A stretch of DNA of 64,000 nt. Origin: Eledone cirrhosa (taxonomy: Eukaryota). Shown here piece after piece: positions 39,741-53,500 of the stretch (the stretch's first letter is position 1; the number at the start of each line of letters is the position of its first letter). Where the stretch lies: the NCBI GenBank assembly GCA_964016885.1, contig OZ024748.1, positions 40,052,001-40,116,000 of the forward strand, written 5' to 3'. Under the pieces are notes generated by a model. It was not told the origin of the DNA. It made no database searches and worked only from the letters and a program-made list of their open reading frames with translations. The position numbers were made by a program, and so were the translations under genes.

Positions 39741-42656
39741 TGTGTTCAGACATCACAACATACTGACTGTGTTAAGACATCACAACATACTGACTGTGTT
39801 AAGACATCACAACATACTGACTGTGTTAAGACATCACAACATACTGACTGTGTTAAGACATCACAACATACTGACTGTGTTAAGACATCACAACATACTG
39901 ACTGTGTTCAGACATCACAACATACTGTCTGTGTTAAGACATCACAACATACTGGCTGTGTTAAGACATCACAACGTACTGGCTGTGTTAAGACATCACA
40001 ACATACTGACTGTGTTAAGACATCACAACATACTGACTGTGTTAAGACATCACAACATACTGACTGTGTTGAGACATCACAACATACTGACTGTGTTGAG
40101 ACATCACAAGATACTGACTGTGTTAAGACATCACAAGATACTGGCTGTTTAGACATCACAAGATACTGGCTGTGTTAAGACATCACAACATACTGGCTGT
40201 GTTAAGACATCACAACATACTGGCTGTGTTAAGACATCACAAGATACTGGCTGTGTTAAGACATCAGAACATACTGGCTGTGTTAAGACATCACAACATA
40301 CTGGCTGTGTTAAGACATCACAAGATACTGGCTGTGTTCAGACATCACAACATACTGACTGTGTTGAGACATCACAACATACTGACTGTGTTAAGACATC
40401 ACAAGATACTGGCTGTTTAGACATCACAAGATACTGGCTGTGTTAAGACATCACAACATACTGACTGTGTTAAGACATCACAACATACTGGCTGTGTTAA
40501 GACATCACAACGTACTGGCTGTGTTAAGACATCACAACATACTGACTGTGTTAAGACATCACAACATACTGACTGTGTTAAGACATCACAACATACTGAC
40601 TGTGTTGAGACATCACAACATACTGACTGTGTTGAGACATCACAAGATACTGACTGTGTTAAGACATCACAAGATACTGGCTGTTTAGACATCACAAGAT
40701 ACTGGCTGTGTTAAGACATCACAACATACTGGCTGTGTTAAGACATCACAACATACTGGCTGTGTTAAGACATCACAAGATACTGGCTGTGTTAAGACAT
40801 CAGAACATACTGGCTGTGTTAAGACATCACAACATACTGGCTGTGTTAAGACATCACAAGATACTGGCTGTGTTCAGACATCACAACATACTGACTGTGT
40901 TGAGACATCACAACATACTGACTGTGTTAAGACATCACAAGATACTGGCTGTTTAGACATCACAAGATACTGGCTGTGTTAAGACATCACAACATACTGA
41001 CTGTGTTAAGACATCACAACATACTGACTGTGTTAAGACATCACAACATACTGACTGTGTTAAGACATCACAACATACTGACTGTGTTAAGACATCACAA
41101 CATACTGACTGTGTTCAGACATCACAACATACTGTCTGTGTTAAGACATCACAACATACTGGCTGTGTTAAGACATCACAACGTACTGGCTGTGTTAAGA
41201 CATCACAACATACTGACTGTGTTAAGACATCACAACATACTGACTGTGTTAAGACATCACAACATACTGACTGTGTTGAGACATCACAACATACTGACTG
41301 TGTTGAGACATCACAACATACTGACTGTGTTAAGACATCACAAGATACTGGCTGTTTAGACATCACAAGATACTGGCTGTGTTAAGACATCACAACATAC
41401 TGGCTGTGTTAAGACATCACAACATACTGGCTGTGTTAAGACATCACAAGATACTGGCTGTGTTAAGACATCAGAACATACTGGCTGTGTTAAGACATCA
41501 CAACATACTGGCTGTGTTAAGACATCACAAGATACTGGCTGTGTTCAGACATCACAACATACTGACTGTGTTGAGACATCACAACATACTGACTGTGTTA
41601 AGACATCACAAGATACTGGCTGTTTAGACATCACAAGATACTGGCTGTGTTAAGACATCAGAACATACTGGCTGTGTTAAGACATCACAACATACTGGCT
41701 GTGTTAAGACATCACAAGATACTGGCTGTGTTCAGACATCACAACATACTGACTGTGTTGAGACATCACAACATACTGACTGTGTTAAGACATCACAAGA
41801 TACTGACTGTGTTAAGACATCACAAGATACTGGTTGTGTTAAGATATCACAACATACTGGCTGTGTTAAGACATCACAAGAAACTGGCTGTTAAGACATC
41901 ACAAGATACTGGCTGTTAAGACATCACAAGATACTGGCTGTGTTAAGACATCACAAGATACTGGCTGTTAAGACATCACAAGATACTGGCTGTGTTAAGA
42001 CATCACAACATACTGGCTGTGTCAAGACATCACAACATACTGACTGTGTTAAGACATCACAAGATACTGGCTGTTAAGACATCACAACATACTGACTGTG
42101 TTAAGACATCACAACATACTGACTGTGTTAAGACATCACAACATACTGACTGTGTTCAGACATCACAACATACTGACTGTGTTAAGACATCACAACATAC
42201 TGACTGTGTTAAGACATCACAACATACTGACTGTGTTAAGACATCACAACGTACCGACTGTGTTAAGACATCACAAGATACTGGCTGTGTTAAGACATCA
42301 CAACGTACTGACTGTGTTAAGACATCACAAGATACTGGCTGTGTTCAGACATCACAAGATACTGGCTGTGTTAAGACATCACAAGATACTGGCTGTTAAG
42401 ACATCACAACATACTGGCTGTGTTAAGACATCACAAGATACTGGCTGTGTTAAGACATCACAACATACTGACTGTGTTGAGACATCACAACATACTGACT
42501 GTGTTAAGACATCACAAGATACTGGCTGTGTTAAGACATCACAAGATACTGACTGTGTTAAGACATCACAAGATACTGGCTGTGTTAAGACATCACAACA
42601 TATTGACTGTGTTAAGACATCACAAGATACTGACTGTTAAGACATCACAAGATACT
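39741..42656. repeat. 27-bp tandem satellite (about 108 units)
   Basis: TGTGTTAAGACATCACAA(C/G)ATACTG(A/G)C; occasional 25-bp units give 268- and 536-bp periods. Confidence 0.98.
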
Positions 42657-42938
42657 ATCAAAAGACACGTCAGGGTGAGTATCGAACCCAGGAAACTACG
42701 ATCACTAATCAATCGGAATATTATATAAGCTATTATATAAACTGAATAACTTAGAAAAGTTATGCCAGAAAAAGAGGTCAGATGTTGCGCAAATATCTTA
42801 CATAATTACAGAGATTCTTTTTACAACGTATTAATAAATGTGTTCCACACCTATCCCTGTTTTTATATACCCTACACAGACACCTATATATTAGTGTGCG
42901 TAATGTAGACGTATAATATAATATATACATATACATAT

Positions 42939-43007
<69 letters not shown>

Positions 43008-43097
43008 CGCTGAAATACCAATGAATTGAAGATCATTGATGAAGGACTAATTTTTTTCATATGTAACTCATGTGCGACCACGAATTACTCCATTTTT

Positions 43098-43150
<53 letters not shown>

Positions 43151-43154
<4 letters not shown>

Positions 43155-44112
43155 TCAAGGTTTAGCAAATAAGGAAAAAGTTTCAAAATAAATTTTAAAA
43201 AATTAACTTTACTTACTACAGTTACCTTTACCGAATCGGTTTCGAATCTCAAAAATAAACGGAGACCATACGGCCTTCGTTGCAAAGAAACATTCTCGTC
43301 AGAAGGTTCTTTTTATTCGAAGAATGTAAAATTCTTGAATTTAAATTACGAACTAGCGCCATCCAAAACTGTTCCCGAGATGAGAGTAAATGAAGTGGAA
43401 TCAATTTTTTCAAGGGCCGAAGTAAAGATAGAGGCAGAGGGAGGTAGGTCAATCGGCTACCACTATCACTAGCAGCAGTCAGAACGACCAAAATGTTTCT
43501 CAACATAGAGGAGTATAGTAATAATAGGATATGTGTTCCTACACGCACAAGGCGCTAAGGGACACATGTATTGTCCAACCATATCCCAAAGTGGTTCAAT
43601 GCCAGGTTAATAAATTAACGAGCCAGAACATATATAATCAAGGTTTAGCAAATAAGGAAAAAGTTTCAAAATAAATTTTAAAAAATTAACTTTATTTACC
43701 GAATCGGTTTCGAATCTCAAAAATAAACGGAGACCATACGGCCTTCGTTGCAAAGAAAGATTCTCGTCAGAAGGTTCTTTTCATTCGAAGAATATAAAAT
43801 TCTTGAATTTAAATTACGAACTAGCGCCATCCAAAACTGTTCCCGAGATGAGAGTAAATGAAGTGGAATCAATTTTTTCAAGGGCCGAAGTAAAGATAGA
43901 GGCAGAGGGAGGTAGGTCAATCGGCTACCACTATCACTAGTAAGTAAAGTTAATTTTTAAAAATTTATTTTGAAACTTTTTCCTTATTTGCTAAACCTCG
44001 ATTATATATGTTCTGGCTCGTTAATTTATTAACCTGCCATTGAACCACATTGGCATATGGTTAGACAATACATGTGTCCCTTAGCGCCTTGTGCGTGTAG
44101 GAACACATATCC

Positions 44113-44117
<5 letters not shown>
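43151..44117 (-). mobile_element. Retrozyme-like or Penelope pLTR-like element: 483-bp unit in partial tandem plus an inverted segment, between (TA)n tracts
   Basis: ATAATCAAGG at 43151 and 43634; the second unit runs to about 43940; 43938-44117 is a reverse complement spanning the unit junction. Each unit carries a hammerhead core. Confidence 0.75.
43224..43307 (-). ncRNA. Type I hammerhead ribozyme with extended stem II
   Basis: ACCTT-CTGACGA-GAAT(..AACGAAGGCC GTAT GGTCTCCGTT..)ATTC-GAAA-CCG(ATT)CGG-TA-AAGGT; all three stems pair; GUA cleavage site. Confidence 0.85.
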
Positions 44118-44170
<53 letters not shown>

Positions 44171-44898
44171 TATATATATATAGGGATATATGTATGTATA
44201 TAGGTATAAGTACATAGGTTGGTGGTGGTGTTGTAAAGTGTGAAATCCCACAAAGGTGTCAAATCAAATAATACAGACAGTTACATAAATGTAAACGAAT
44301 AAAATAGGTGGAGAGGTGAGAAGAGAAAACTGGCAGAGGAAATGGTTGAATGTACTAACATATTTAATTGGTTTGGGGTTCTTTAGAATCTTTAAACAAA
44401 TGTAAATCTTTTACAATTGTTTATCAATTATATAACCCTATAGGATTGCCATATTGTGTCATAATTATAAAGTTGTTTGAGAATTACGCAGGGTTATATA
44501 ACGATTGGGGAACAGTGTTGAAACATTAAGTAAGTTGTTCAGCCTGGGAGAGTTTTTAGATAAAGGTAGGTAGGTAGGTACGTATGTACGTATGTACGTA
44601 TGTAGGTTGGTAGGCAAGGACATAGATATATATATGGATGGATAGATAGGTAGATAGATAGATTTCTTTATTAGCCACAAGGGCGCAACAAGAAAAGGAG
44701 ACAATACAAAGACATACCGGGGATTTTACATACACTTGTGTGAAAAATATAAACAACAAACAATTACAACAATCGAAATCCCCAATAGGGGGGAGGCGCC
44801 ACAAATGGGTTGTTTAATACCCCGTCGATCGAACAACCCTCAACTCCAGGGGCGTGTTGTGCAAGTGCTCCTTTCTTCATTTTGCTCTCTTCCTCAAC

Positions 44899-47800
44899 CT
44901 ACAGGCTTATAAACAGAGAAGGCCCAATCACTCGGGCCATTTTCGCTTCATTCACCCACCTTTCAGTAAATTTACTGGGGTGCAGTGCCTCTCTCTCCAC
45001 CCTGATTCTCCTTCTAAAGTGATACTTAAAGAAGGGAATCAATTGTTGTCCGGAGAGAAAGGCATCTGTCCTCAGTCCTCTCAACCTCGTCCACCATATA
45101 ACTTCTTTCACAATAGCCACCGTACAGAGGAAAACCGCCTCTCTTTCGTTTTTGAAAGAGGCTGGCGGTTTGATCCTTACTATGGACTCGGCAGTCAACT
45201 GGATTTGTCCCATACGCGACAGCGGTTGTTCTGCATAGTTCCACAGGTCGGTTACGCCCGGGCAGTGTACAATTGCGTGCAGAACTGTTTCAATGTCCTG
45301 CGCACATCTTGGACACGTCCTCTTGGAAGGATCCTTGCCGGGGCGTCCGTGCCTGTAGATCTTGTCACGAACCGGTAGAGCTCCTCGGTAGCACTGCCAG
45401 GCCAGGGATCTCTGGAAGTTGTCCATAGGTCCCGGGCGGAAAGTCCTACCAAACAGACTGGTGAGCTCATCGTATTCGACGCCCAGAGTCTCTCCAAGCA
45501 CGTCGTCGCCCTTGTAACGTACAATCCCTCTATAGAATGTCGAAGTGGAGTCTCCACTGATTGCTGCGCCCGCTTGCCAGAGGACTGTGAGCGCCTGAGC
45601 GCATTCAATGTGCCAGGCGTCCATCGTTTTCGGTCTTTTCTTCACCCAGGACTGCAGCTCCGTTAGCGAGACGAGCTGTGGGAAAGCCTGACTCACAAAC
45701 GGTTCCCACACCGGTTGGGGGTCGGTGAGGAATACCGGAGATGCCGCAGCCTCAGCGCATGTTTGCGCATCATCAGCCACGGCATTCCCAGCCCTCCGTT
45801 GGAAGGGTGCTGACAGCAGACGGATCTCCTCACCAGCGGAGCCTTCTTCTTCCACAGAAACTGGAAGAGCATGCGTTCCATCTTGGCGAGGTGCTCACGG
45901 GGACAAGGCACGACAGTCAAGCGGTAGTAGATGACGGACGCTATGAAAGTGTTCGCCACCTCCGCTCGACCTTTCAAGGACAGTTTGCACTCTGCCCACT
46001 TCTGAGTGAGTGAAAACACCTTGGCCGTGACCTCGTTCCAGTTTTTCTCCACCTGGAGGTCTGGACCGAACCATACCCATAGCAATTTCACCAGTCCCTC
46101 CGTACAGCGTCCAACGACGCTGTCGGATGTCATCGGTTTGCCTCTCCACGTACCGAGTTGCAAACCGACAGACTTGTCTGGGTTTAGTTTTGCTCCCGTC
46201 AGCGTTTCGTATTCTTTCAGTAAGTTGCCGATCACCCCGATTTCCGAGGTGCTCGACACCATTACCGTTACGTCGTCGGCATAAGCCGACGCCGCTTTGC
46301 GCAGTCCCGGTTCTAGGGGATGCCCTGCAACAGCTCCAATTTCCGCAGTAGTGGCTTTAGAGTCAATACATACAGAATGGAGGAGAGAGGGCATCCCTGT
46401 CGAATGGAACGCGTGATTGCGAACGGCTCCGATAGGTAGCCGTTCACCTTGACCCTCGAGCAGATGCTGGTGTGCATCGCCTCGATCCATCCTCTGGACA
46501 CGGGACCGAAACCGGCCGCCTTGAGAACCGCTGGTCGACCCTATCGAATGCCTTAGACTGATCCAAGTTGATCAAAGCCCCCACCGAAGCCGGATTTACT
46601 ACCCACCCTCTCTATGATGTATCGCATGAGGTGGAGGTTGTCGTGTATGGACCTGGTCGGGATTGCACACGTTTGCGCTTTCCCTACCAGGTTCTCGACG
46701 ACAAGCGCCAACCTCGTCGCTAGCACCTTGGCCAAAATCTTTAACTCTGTGTTGAGCAGAGTTATGGGCCTGAAGTTGTTAATTTCGTCCCCCTTGTTCT
46801 CGTCTTTCCTAATCAGCGTTACTACGCCCTTGCATGCAGAAATGGGAATTCTCCCGTTCTGCTGCCAATTGCAGTAGACGGCTTCGAGGACGCCAGAGAA
46901 CAAGTCCGACATGCCTATGTAAAATTCGTAGGGTTGACCATCTAGACCGGGTGACTTGCGTTTCCTGCAGCGGCCCAGAGCGTCCCGTATCTCAGTGTCC
47001 GTGATCGGTCTTTCGCAGAACTCGGCGTCCGTGTTCGAGAGACGCGGCAGGCCGTCGAGGTATGAACTAAAGTCCATTTCCCCGTTCAGCTCACCGTCGT
47101 TCTGCTCAAACAGTCACGCAAAGTGCCGCTGAAAGGCCGCGCATATTTGCTTGGGGTCAAGTAGCACGCGTCCGTTTTGGTCTTTCAAAGACCGAATCGT
47201 GGACTTGTTGCCACTTTTTGCCTCCGCCACTCGGGCCCAGCTGACAGCTTTCGCTCCTTCGTTTCCTAGAACACGTGTTTTGCTTCTGACCACGCAGCCT
47301 TCGTGTTTCGCATCGAAGAACTGGTCCAGTGCCGTTCTCGACGCTAACACTCTAGCCGCGTTGCCACTTCTAAGTGCCTCCTCTACCTTGGCTACTAGTT
47401 CTCTTTCTATTCTGTTTTTCTCTAAGGCTAACTCTCTGCTATACCCTATCGATTCTATTCTAATTGCTTTCTTGAGAGAGTACCACCATCTATTGTTGAC
47501 GATGGCTCCCGTTAACCGTTGCTTGACTAGTCTACTTATCCGTTCACTGTAAGCTTTACGTGCCGGCAACGACATGTTCAGCTTCCAGTATCCGGGACCC
47601 TGTCTATGTATTCTATCACGGTTGACTAAGCAGACGACTAACTTGTGATCTGAATAGGCAACCATGTGCATTCGTGGACAGCTTAACATCTCCTTGTCCC
47701 TTTCTCTAATGAAGAACCTATCTAAATACGATCTATATGTCCCACTGCGGTTTACCCACGTCCACTGTGGTGCAGTCGGGAAATCCAGTCGATACCTATC

Positions 47801-48328
47801 GGCCAGTTGGAATTGGCCGATTAAAGTTTTGAGGCTGTTGCACCCGCTCTACTGGGACATGCTCCCACATAGTCCCATCGTGCATCTAGGATACCATTCC
47901 AGTCTCCCACTAAAAGTAAGGAGCGAGACGTTCCCAGAAAAGACTAGACGCTTAAAGAAGTCTGGCCGTGATTGCAATTTCCCGGTCGGGGCATAAACGG
48001 CCACCAGTCTGAAGGCTCCACCTCCGATACTGTTCACGTCTAGGACTACCAGTCTACCCTTCGGGTCCAAGTGTATTTGCTGTACTCCGACGTCCAGGTT
48101 CTTCCGAAACATAACAGCCACTCCACCTCCACCTCCTGGCTGACAGAGAGATGCGTAGATCTCAAAGTCGTCGAAGATGGGGGTTAGTTGCTGCTTGTTG
48201 TGGATCCTGGACTCGGTGATGGCTATCACATCCATACTGTGTGACCTAAGGTCGTTTAAAAGTTGGCCCTGTTTCCAGAGCATCCCTAGGCCACGCACAT
48301 TCACGGTTCCAACTCGTAAACCAGCCAT
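44899..48328 (-). pseudogene. Tx1 ORF2 (APE endonuclease, RT, C-terminal Cys motif), several frameshifts
   Basis: TVNVRGL..ITES, YSDHKLV, KSPGLDG, NFRPITLLN, RQGCPLS, AYADDV, CPRC..ETVLHA..C across five ORF pieces. Confidence 0.93.
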
Positions 48329-48369
48329 GTTGGTGAAGAAAAGTTGGAGAAAAAGGACGAAATGTGCAC

Positions 48370-50306
48370 TTACCTTTTCGTTTCCTGGAGATCGGGTTGT
48401 TCAATCTCCATTTGGGTGCTGGATGGGGTGTTGGGTGGGGTGGGGAAACATTTTAACAGGACGCGGTTGATGGGTTTGTGGCAGGGGTTGCTCACGTCCT
48501 GTGAAAATTTAATTTTTAGGTCTTTATAGGTTTCCATAGAAACCCTTATAAGTTTAAGGTGTGGAGACGATTCTGCCTTGACGAAAGTTTTGACCTCCGT
48601 CTCCACCTTGGGGTTTGGGGAGATGACCTCCATCAAACTCTTGTTGTTTGTGTTGATGTATGCGTATTGTTGTTTGTGTTTTTGTTGTGTTGATGTATGC
48701 GTATTGTTGTTTGTGTTTTTGTTGTGTTGTTTTAGTTTGTTGTTCATCCGGGAGTTTTCTTTTTATGGTGGGTGCTTGTGTTTGGGGTGGTGTTGGTGCT
48801 GGTTTTGCTGATAGGGGGATGTTTGACTGTGGTGTTGTTTGTGTTGTTGTTTGTGTCTGTGGTTGTGTGTTGGTGTTGGTGATTGGAGTTTTTAGGGTTT
48901 TGTGGTGTCTCCTTTTTTGTTGTTTAGATTTCCGCGGTTCTCCCTCTTCTTCACTTAAAGAAGGAGAAGCAGCTTCATCCGTCGATGAATAATCATCGTC
49001 AGGTGTGTGGGGTAAGGGTATGTTGTGTGCTGGTGGTGTTTCGGTATGTGTGTTTGTGGTAGTGTTTGATGGAGTGGGATGGAGTGGGGATGTGTTCTTC
49101 AGGGGTGTTGTCTCTGTTTTTTTCTGTTGTTGTTGGTTGAGTGTCTGTTTGTTTTGGTGTGGTTGCTCGTTTCGTCTGTCGTTGTACTTGTGGTGGTGGT
49201 GGTTGTTTTGGTGTTGGTGTTGGTAATAGCGTTTTTTTTATGATGTTGTTGTTGTGTGTTTGTGGACAAGAGGCTTTTAGGTGAGCTGTGCTACCACAGC
49301 GAAAGCATTGAAATGTTCGTCCTTCTACCGAAATGTTTATTTTGTTGTTATTATCAATAACGACACTTTCGGGTATTTTGGAGATTCTCTCCGGTTTCAT
49401 TTGCAACAGAATCTCCAAATCTGTGTCCGCCCACCTTTGTCGAATAGATTTTCGTATTGAAAGTATCATATCTGTTTCTGGCTCTACGAAGCCAGCCAAG
49501 ATCCACCAGATGTTAATGTTTGGAGGTATGTTTTTTATTTTTATTTTTTGTGTCCTTTTCCCCATGTATGTAGGGAAAAAGGTGTATGCTTTTGACACCA
49601 TTGGTGTCACAGAGTTTTTTGGGGCGAGTGCCTCGCTTTTAAACAGTACGGAAACACTTCCGTACTGTTTTCCTCGCTGGAGAAAATCGACATTTGCTAG
49701 AATTTCCTTGAAAGTATCTTCTATATCTGCTTGATTAACAAATTTCGGCTTTCTTGTCGAATTTGACACAGTCCTAAAAGTGACTGATCTGCGGATTGTG
49801 TCTTCCTTTATTTCAAGGGGTTAGTTAATTCTGAACCCACCTCTTTCTTCGAAAGTTACAAATTTTCTCCCTTACTGGAACATATCTCTTGCGTTGGAGA
49901 TATCAAGATTTATAAAATCTTGTTTTTTGTTCACTGTTTCAGGGAAAGACATTTTCTTTTTTTGTGTGGTGTTGCTGTTGATGTTGTTGTTATCGTTGTT
50001 GGAAATCTCAGTTCCTTGTCGAGATGAAACTTTATGTGTAGATGTATCTGTAGAGTTGTTGATGTCTTTTTCATGTGTATGTATGTCAATGGGTTTAATT
50101 GCTGTGTTTTCCTGTGTGTTATTGATATTTTTCTCAGCTTCGACGGTAGAAATTTTAAAATTTTCAAGTGTTAAAATATTTTTCTCTTTGGTGACAGTTG
50201 TATCTATGGCGACGTCCATAGTAGCAGAAGCAGATATAACGTTAATATCTGCCTCTTTCTCTCTCTTTTCTCTATTAACGTTGTCCAGCGTTCTTGTGTT
50301 GCTCAA
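48370..50306 (-). pseudogene. Tx1 ORF1 (RNA-binding region plus CCHC knuckle), interrupted
   Basis: QRGKQYGSVSVLFKSEAL, CFRCGSTAHLKASC and a C-terminal MEIEQPDL, all homologous to copy C ORF1. Confidence 0.8.
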
Positions 50307-50540
50307 GTTATTTACTTTGTAAAATCTGATATTTTAAAACAAATTTTTAAAATAAAATTTTCGCCCCTGCAAGGGCGAAAAATGGGATTGCCTCCCAGCT
50401 GACAATTCAGGTTGGGGGTTAATCTACAAAATAATGTTTTTTCAAACAATTAGTTCGGTTTTTTGCATAGAAATTAACAAAAAAGCTTACCGGCGATGTT
50501 CTACACGTCAGACAGAAAGAGAGATAGGTAGATAGATATG

Positions 50541-53500
50541 TTTCTTTATTAGCCACAGGGGCACAAAAGAAGGGGACAAATACAAAGGGGGAAGTTTACA
50601 TACAATAAAAACGTGTAAAATGTTATCACAAATGCAATTTAAAAAGTTAGTCGATGTTCGCCAATAGAGGGAGACAGTTTATATGGGTAACACATACCCC
50701 CGAAAAAATGTGCAACCCACATCTCCAGGAGTACGAAGAGTTTGTACTCGTTTCCTCTCCTCCTCCTTTTCCTCAACCTACAGGCTGATATAGAGAGAAA
50801 GCCCATTCACTCGGGCCATTCTCGCCACTTTCACCCACCTTTCATAAAACATGCTGGGGTACAGCACCTCTCTCTCCATCCTGATTCTTCTTCCAAAGTG
50901 GTATTTGAAAAAAAGAATCAGTTGTTGGCCGGAGAGAAAGGTGTCTGACCTCAGCCCTTTCAAGCTTGTCCACCATACAACCTCTTTCGCCATAGCTATC
51001 ACACAAATGAAGACCGCCTCTCCTTCGTTTTTGAAGGAGGGTGGCGGTTTGATCATGACAATGGACTCGGTGGTCAACCGGATTGGTCCCACCCGTGACA
51101 ATAGTCGTTCTACATAGCCCCACAGGTCAGTGACGCCCGGGCAGTGTATGAATGCGTGCGCGACGGTTTCTTCGTCTCGCACGCACCTCGGACAGATCTT
51201 TTTTGCAGGGTCCCTGCCCGGGCGCCCATGTCTGTAGAGCTTGTCTCGAACTGGTAGAGCTCCTCGGTAGCATTGCCAGGCCAGGGACTTTTGGAAGTTG
51301 TCCATCGGTCCCGGGCGGAAGGTCCTACCGAACAGACTGGCCAGTTCATCTTCCTCTACGCCTAAAGTTTTCCCGAGCGCGACGTCGCACTTGCTGCGGA
51401 TCAACCCTCTATAGAATGACGAAGTGGAGTCTCCACTGATCGCCGGGTCCGCCTGCCAGAGGGCTGTGAGCGCCTGAGCACATTCGATGTGCCAGTCGCC
51501 CATTTTCCTCGGTCTTTGCTTGACCCAGGACTGCAGCTCGGTCAGCGAGACGAGTCGTGGGAAGGCTCGCCTCACGAACGGGGCCCACACCGGTTGTCCG
51601 GTGAGGAATACGTAGAGATGCCGCAGCCTGAGCGCGTGTTTGCGCATCGTCAACCACGGCATCCCCAGCCCTCCGTTAGAAGGGTGTTGGCAGCAGATGG
51701 ATCTTCTCACCAAAAGAGCCCGCCTCTTCCAAAGGAATTGGAAGAGCGCGCGCTCCATTTTGGCGAGCGTTTTGGCTGGACAAGGCACGACGGTCAAGCG
51801 GTAGTAGATGGCGCACGCTATAAAAGTGTTCGCCACCTCCGCTCGACCTTTCAATGATAGTTTGCACTCGGCCCACTTCTGGGTGAGTGCAAATACCTTG
51901 GCCGTCACTTCGTTCCAGTTCTTCTCCACCTGGAGGTCCGGATCAAACCAGACCCCGAGCAGCTTTACCGGTCCTTTCGTCCAGCGTCCGACGACGCCAT
52001 CGGAGGGCATCGGTTTGCCTCTCCACGATCCGAGTTGCAAACCGATGGACTTGTCCCGGTTCAGCTTCGCTCCTGTGAAACTTTCGTATTCCTTCAGTAA
52101 AGTGTCGACTTCCTCGATTTGCGAGGCGCTCGACACCATTACTGTCACGTCGTCGGCGTATGCCGACGCCGCTTTCCGCAGTCCCGGTTCCAGAGGGATG
52201 CCCTGCAATAGCTCCAACTTCCGCAGTAGTGGCTCGAGAGTCAGTACGTACAGAAGGGAGGAGAGAGGGCATCCCTGTGGAATGGATCGCGTAATATGGA
52301 ACGGCTCCGAGAGGTAGCCGTTCACCTTGACCCTTGAGCAGATGTTGCAGTTGTGCATTGCTGCAATCTAGCCCCTGAACACGGGTCCGAAGCCTGCCGC
52401 CTCGAGCACCGCATCCAGGTAACGATGGTCAACCATATCGAATGCCTTAGACTGATCCAAGTTGATCAGGGCCCCACCGAAGCCGGGTTTACACCCTACC
52501 CTCTCTATGATGTATCGCATGAGGTGGAGGTTGTCGTGTATGGACCTGGTCGGGATTGCGCATGTCTGCACTTCTCCCACCAGGTTCTCGACGACAAGCG
52601 CCAGCCTCTTTGCCAACACCTTGGCCAAAATCTGTAACTCTGTGTTTAGCAGAATTATGGGCCGGAAGTTGCCTATGTCATCCCCCTTACTCTCGTCCTT
52701 CCTGATTAGTGTGACCACACCCGCGGTTACAGAACTGGGAATTCTCCCATTCTGTTGCCAGTTGCAGTAGACCGCTTCTAGGAGACCGGAGAATAAGTCC
52801 GGCATTGCTACGTAAAATTCGTAGGGTAGACCGTCGAGACCTAGAGATTTGCGTTTGCCGCATTGGCTCAGCGCGTCCCCTATCTCAGCGGCTGAAATCG
52901 GCTTTTCGCAGAACTTTGCCTCGCTGTCCGAGAGTCGCGGTAGGCCGTCGAGGTATGGACCGAAATCCATAGCCCCTCCCGGCGCGCCGCCCCTCCCGAA
53001 CAGTTGAGCAAAATGCCGCTGAAAGGCCGCACACATCTGCTTCGGCTCACGTATCACGCGTCCGTTTTGGTCCTTCAAAGACCGAATCGTGGACTTGTTG
53101 CCACTTTTTGCCTCCGTCACTCGGGTCCAGCTAACAGCTTTGGCTCCCTCGTTTCCCAGAGCACGTATTTTGCTTCTGACAACGCAGCCCTCGTGCTTTG
53201 CGTCGAAGAACTGGTCCAAGGCCGTTATCGTTGCTAGCACGCTGGCTACGTTGCCACTTCTAATTGCCTCTTCTATTTTATCTACCAGTTCCTTCTCGGT
53301 TCTATTTCTATCTAACGCTAATTCTTTACTAAAAATTAACGAGTCTAATCTAACTGCCCTCTTGAGAAAGTACCACCATCTGTTGTTGACAATGGCCCCT
53401 GTCAAGTGCTGTTTAACTAAAGTGCTAATCCGCCTACTGTAAGTGTAAGTGTAATTTTCTTGTGTTGTGTTTGTTTTTGTCTGTAGTTCTTGTGTGTGCT

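Larger units (their letters stand above)
44663..50509 (-). mobile_element. Full-length but disrupted L1/Tx1-clade LINE (copy A)
   Basis: 5' UTR, ORF1 with CCHC knuckle, ORF2 APE-RT-zinc finger, 3' end CCCTTGTGGCTAATAAAGAAA; flanked on both sides by GATA/AGAT-type repeats. Confidence 0.93.

Noticed and set aside
39742-42728. (LRHHNILTV)n and (KTSQHTDCV)n His/Cys-rich ORFs
   Set aside because: Translations of the 27-bp satellite, broken by 25-bp units.
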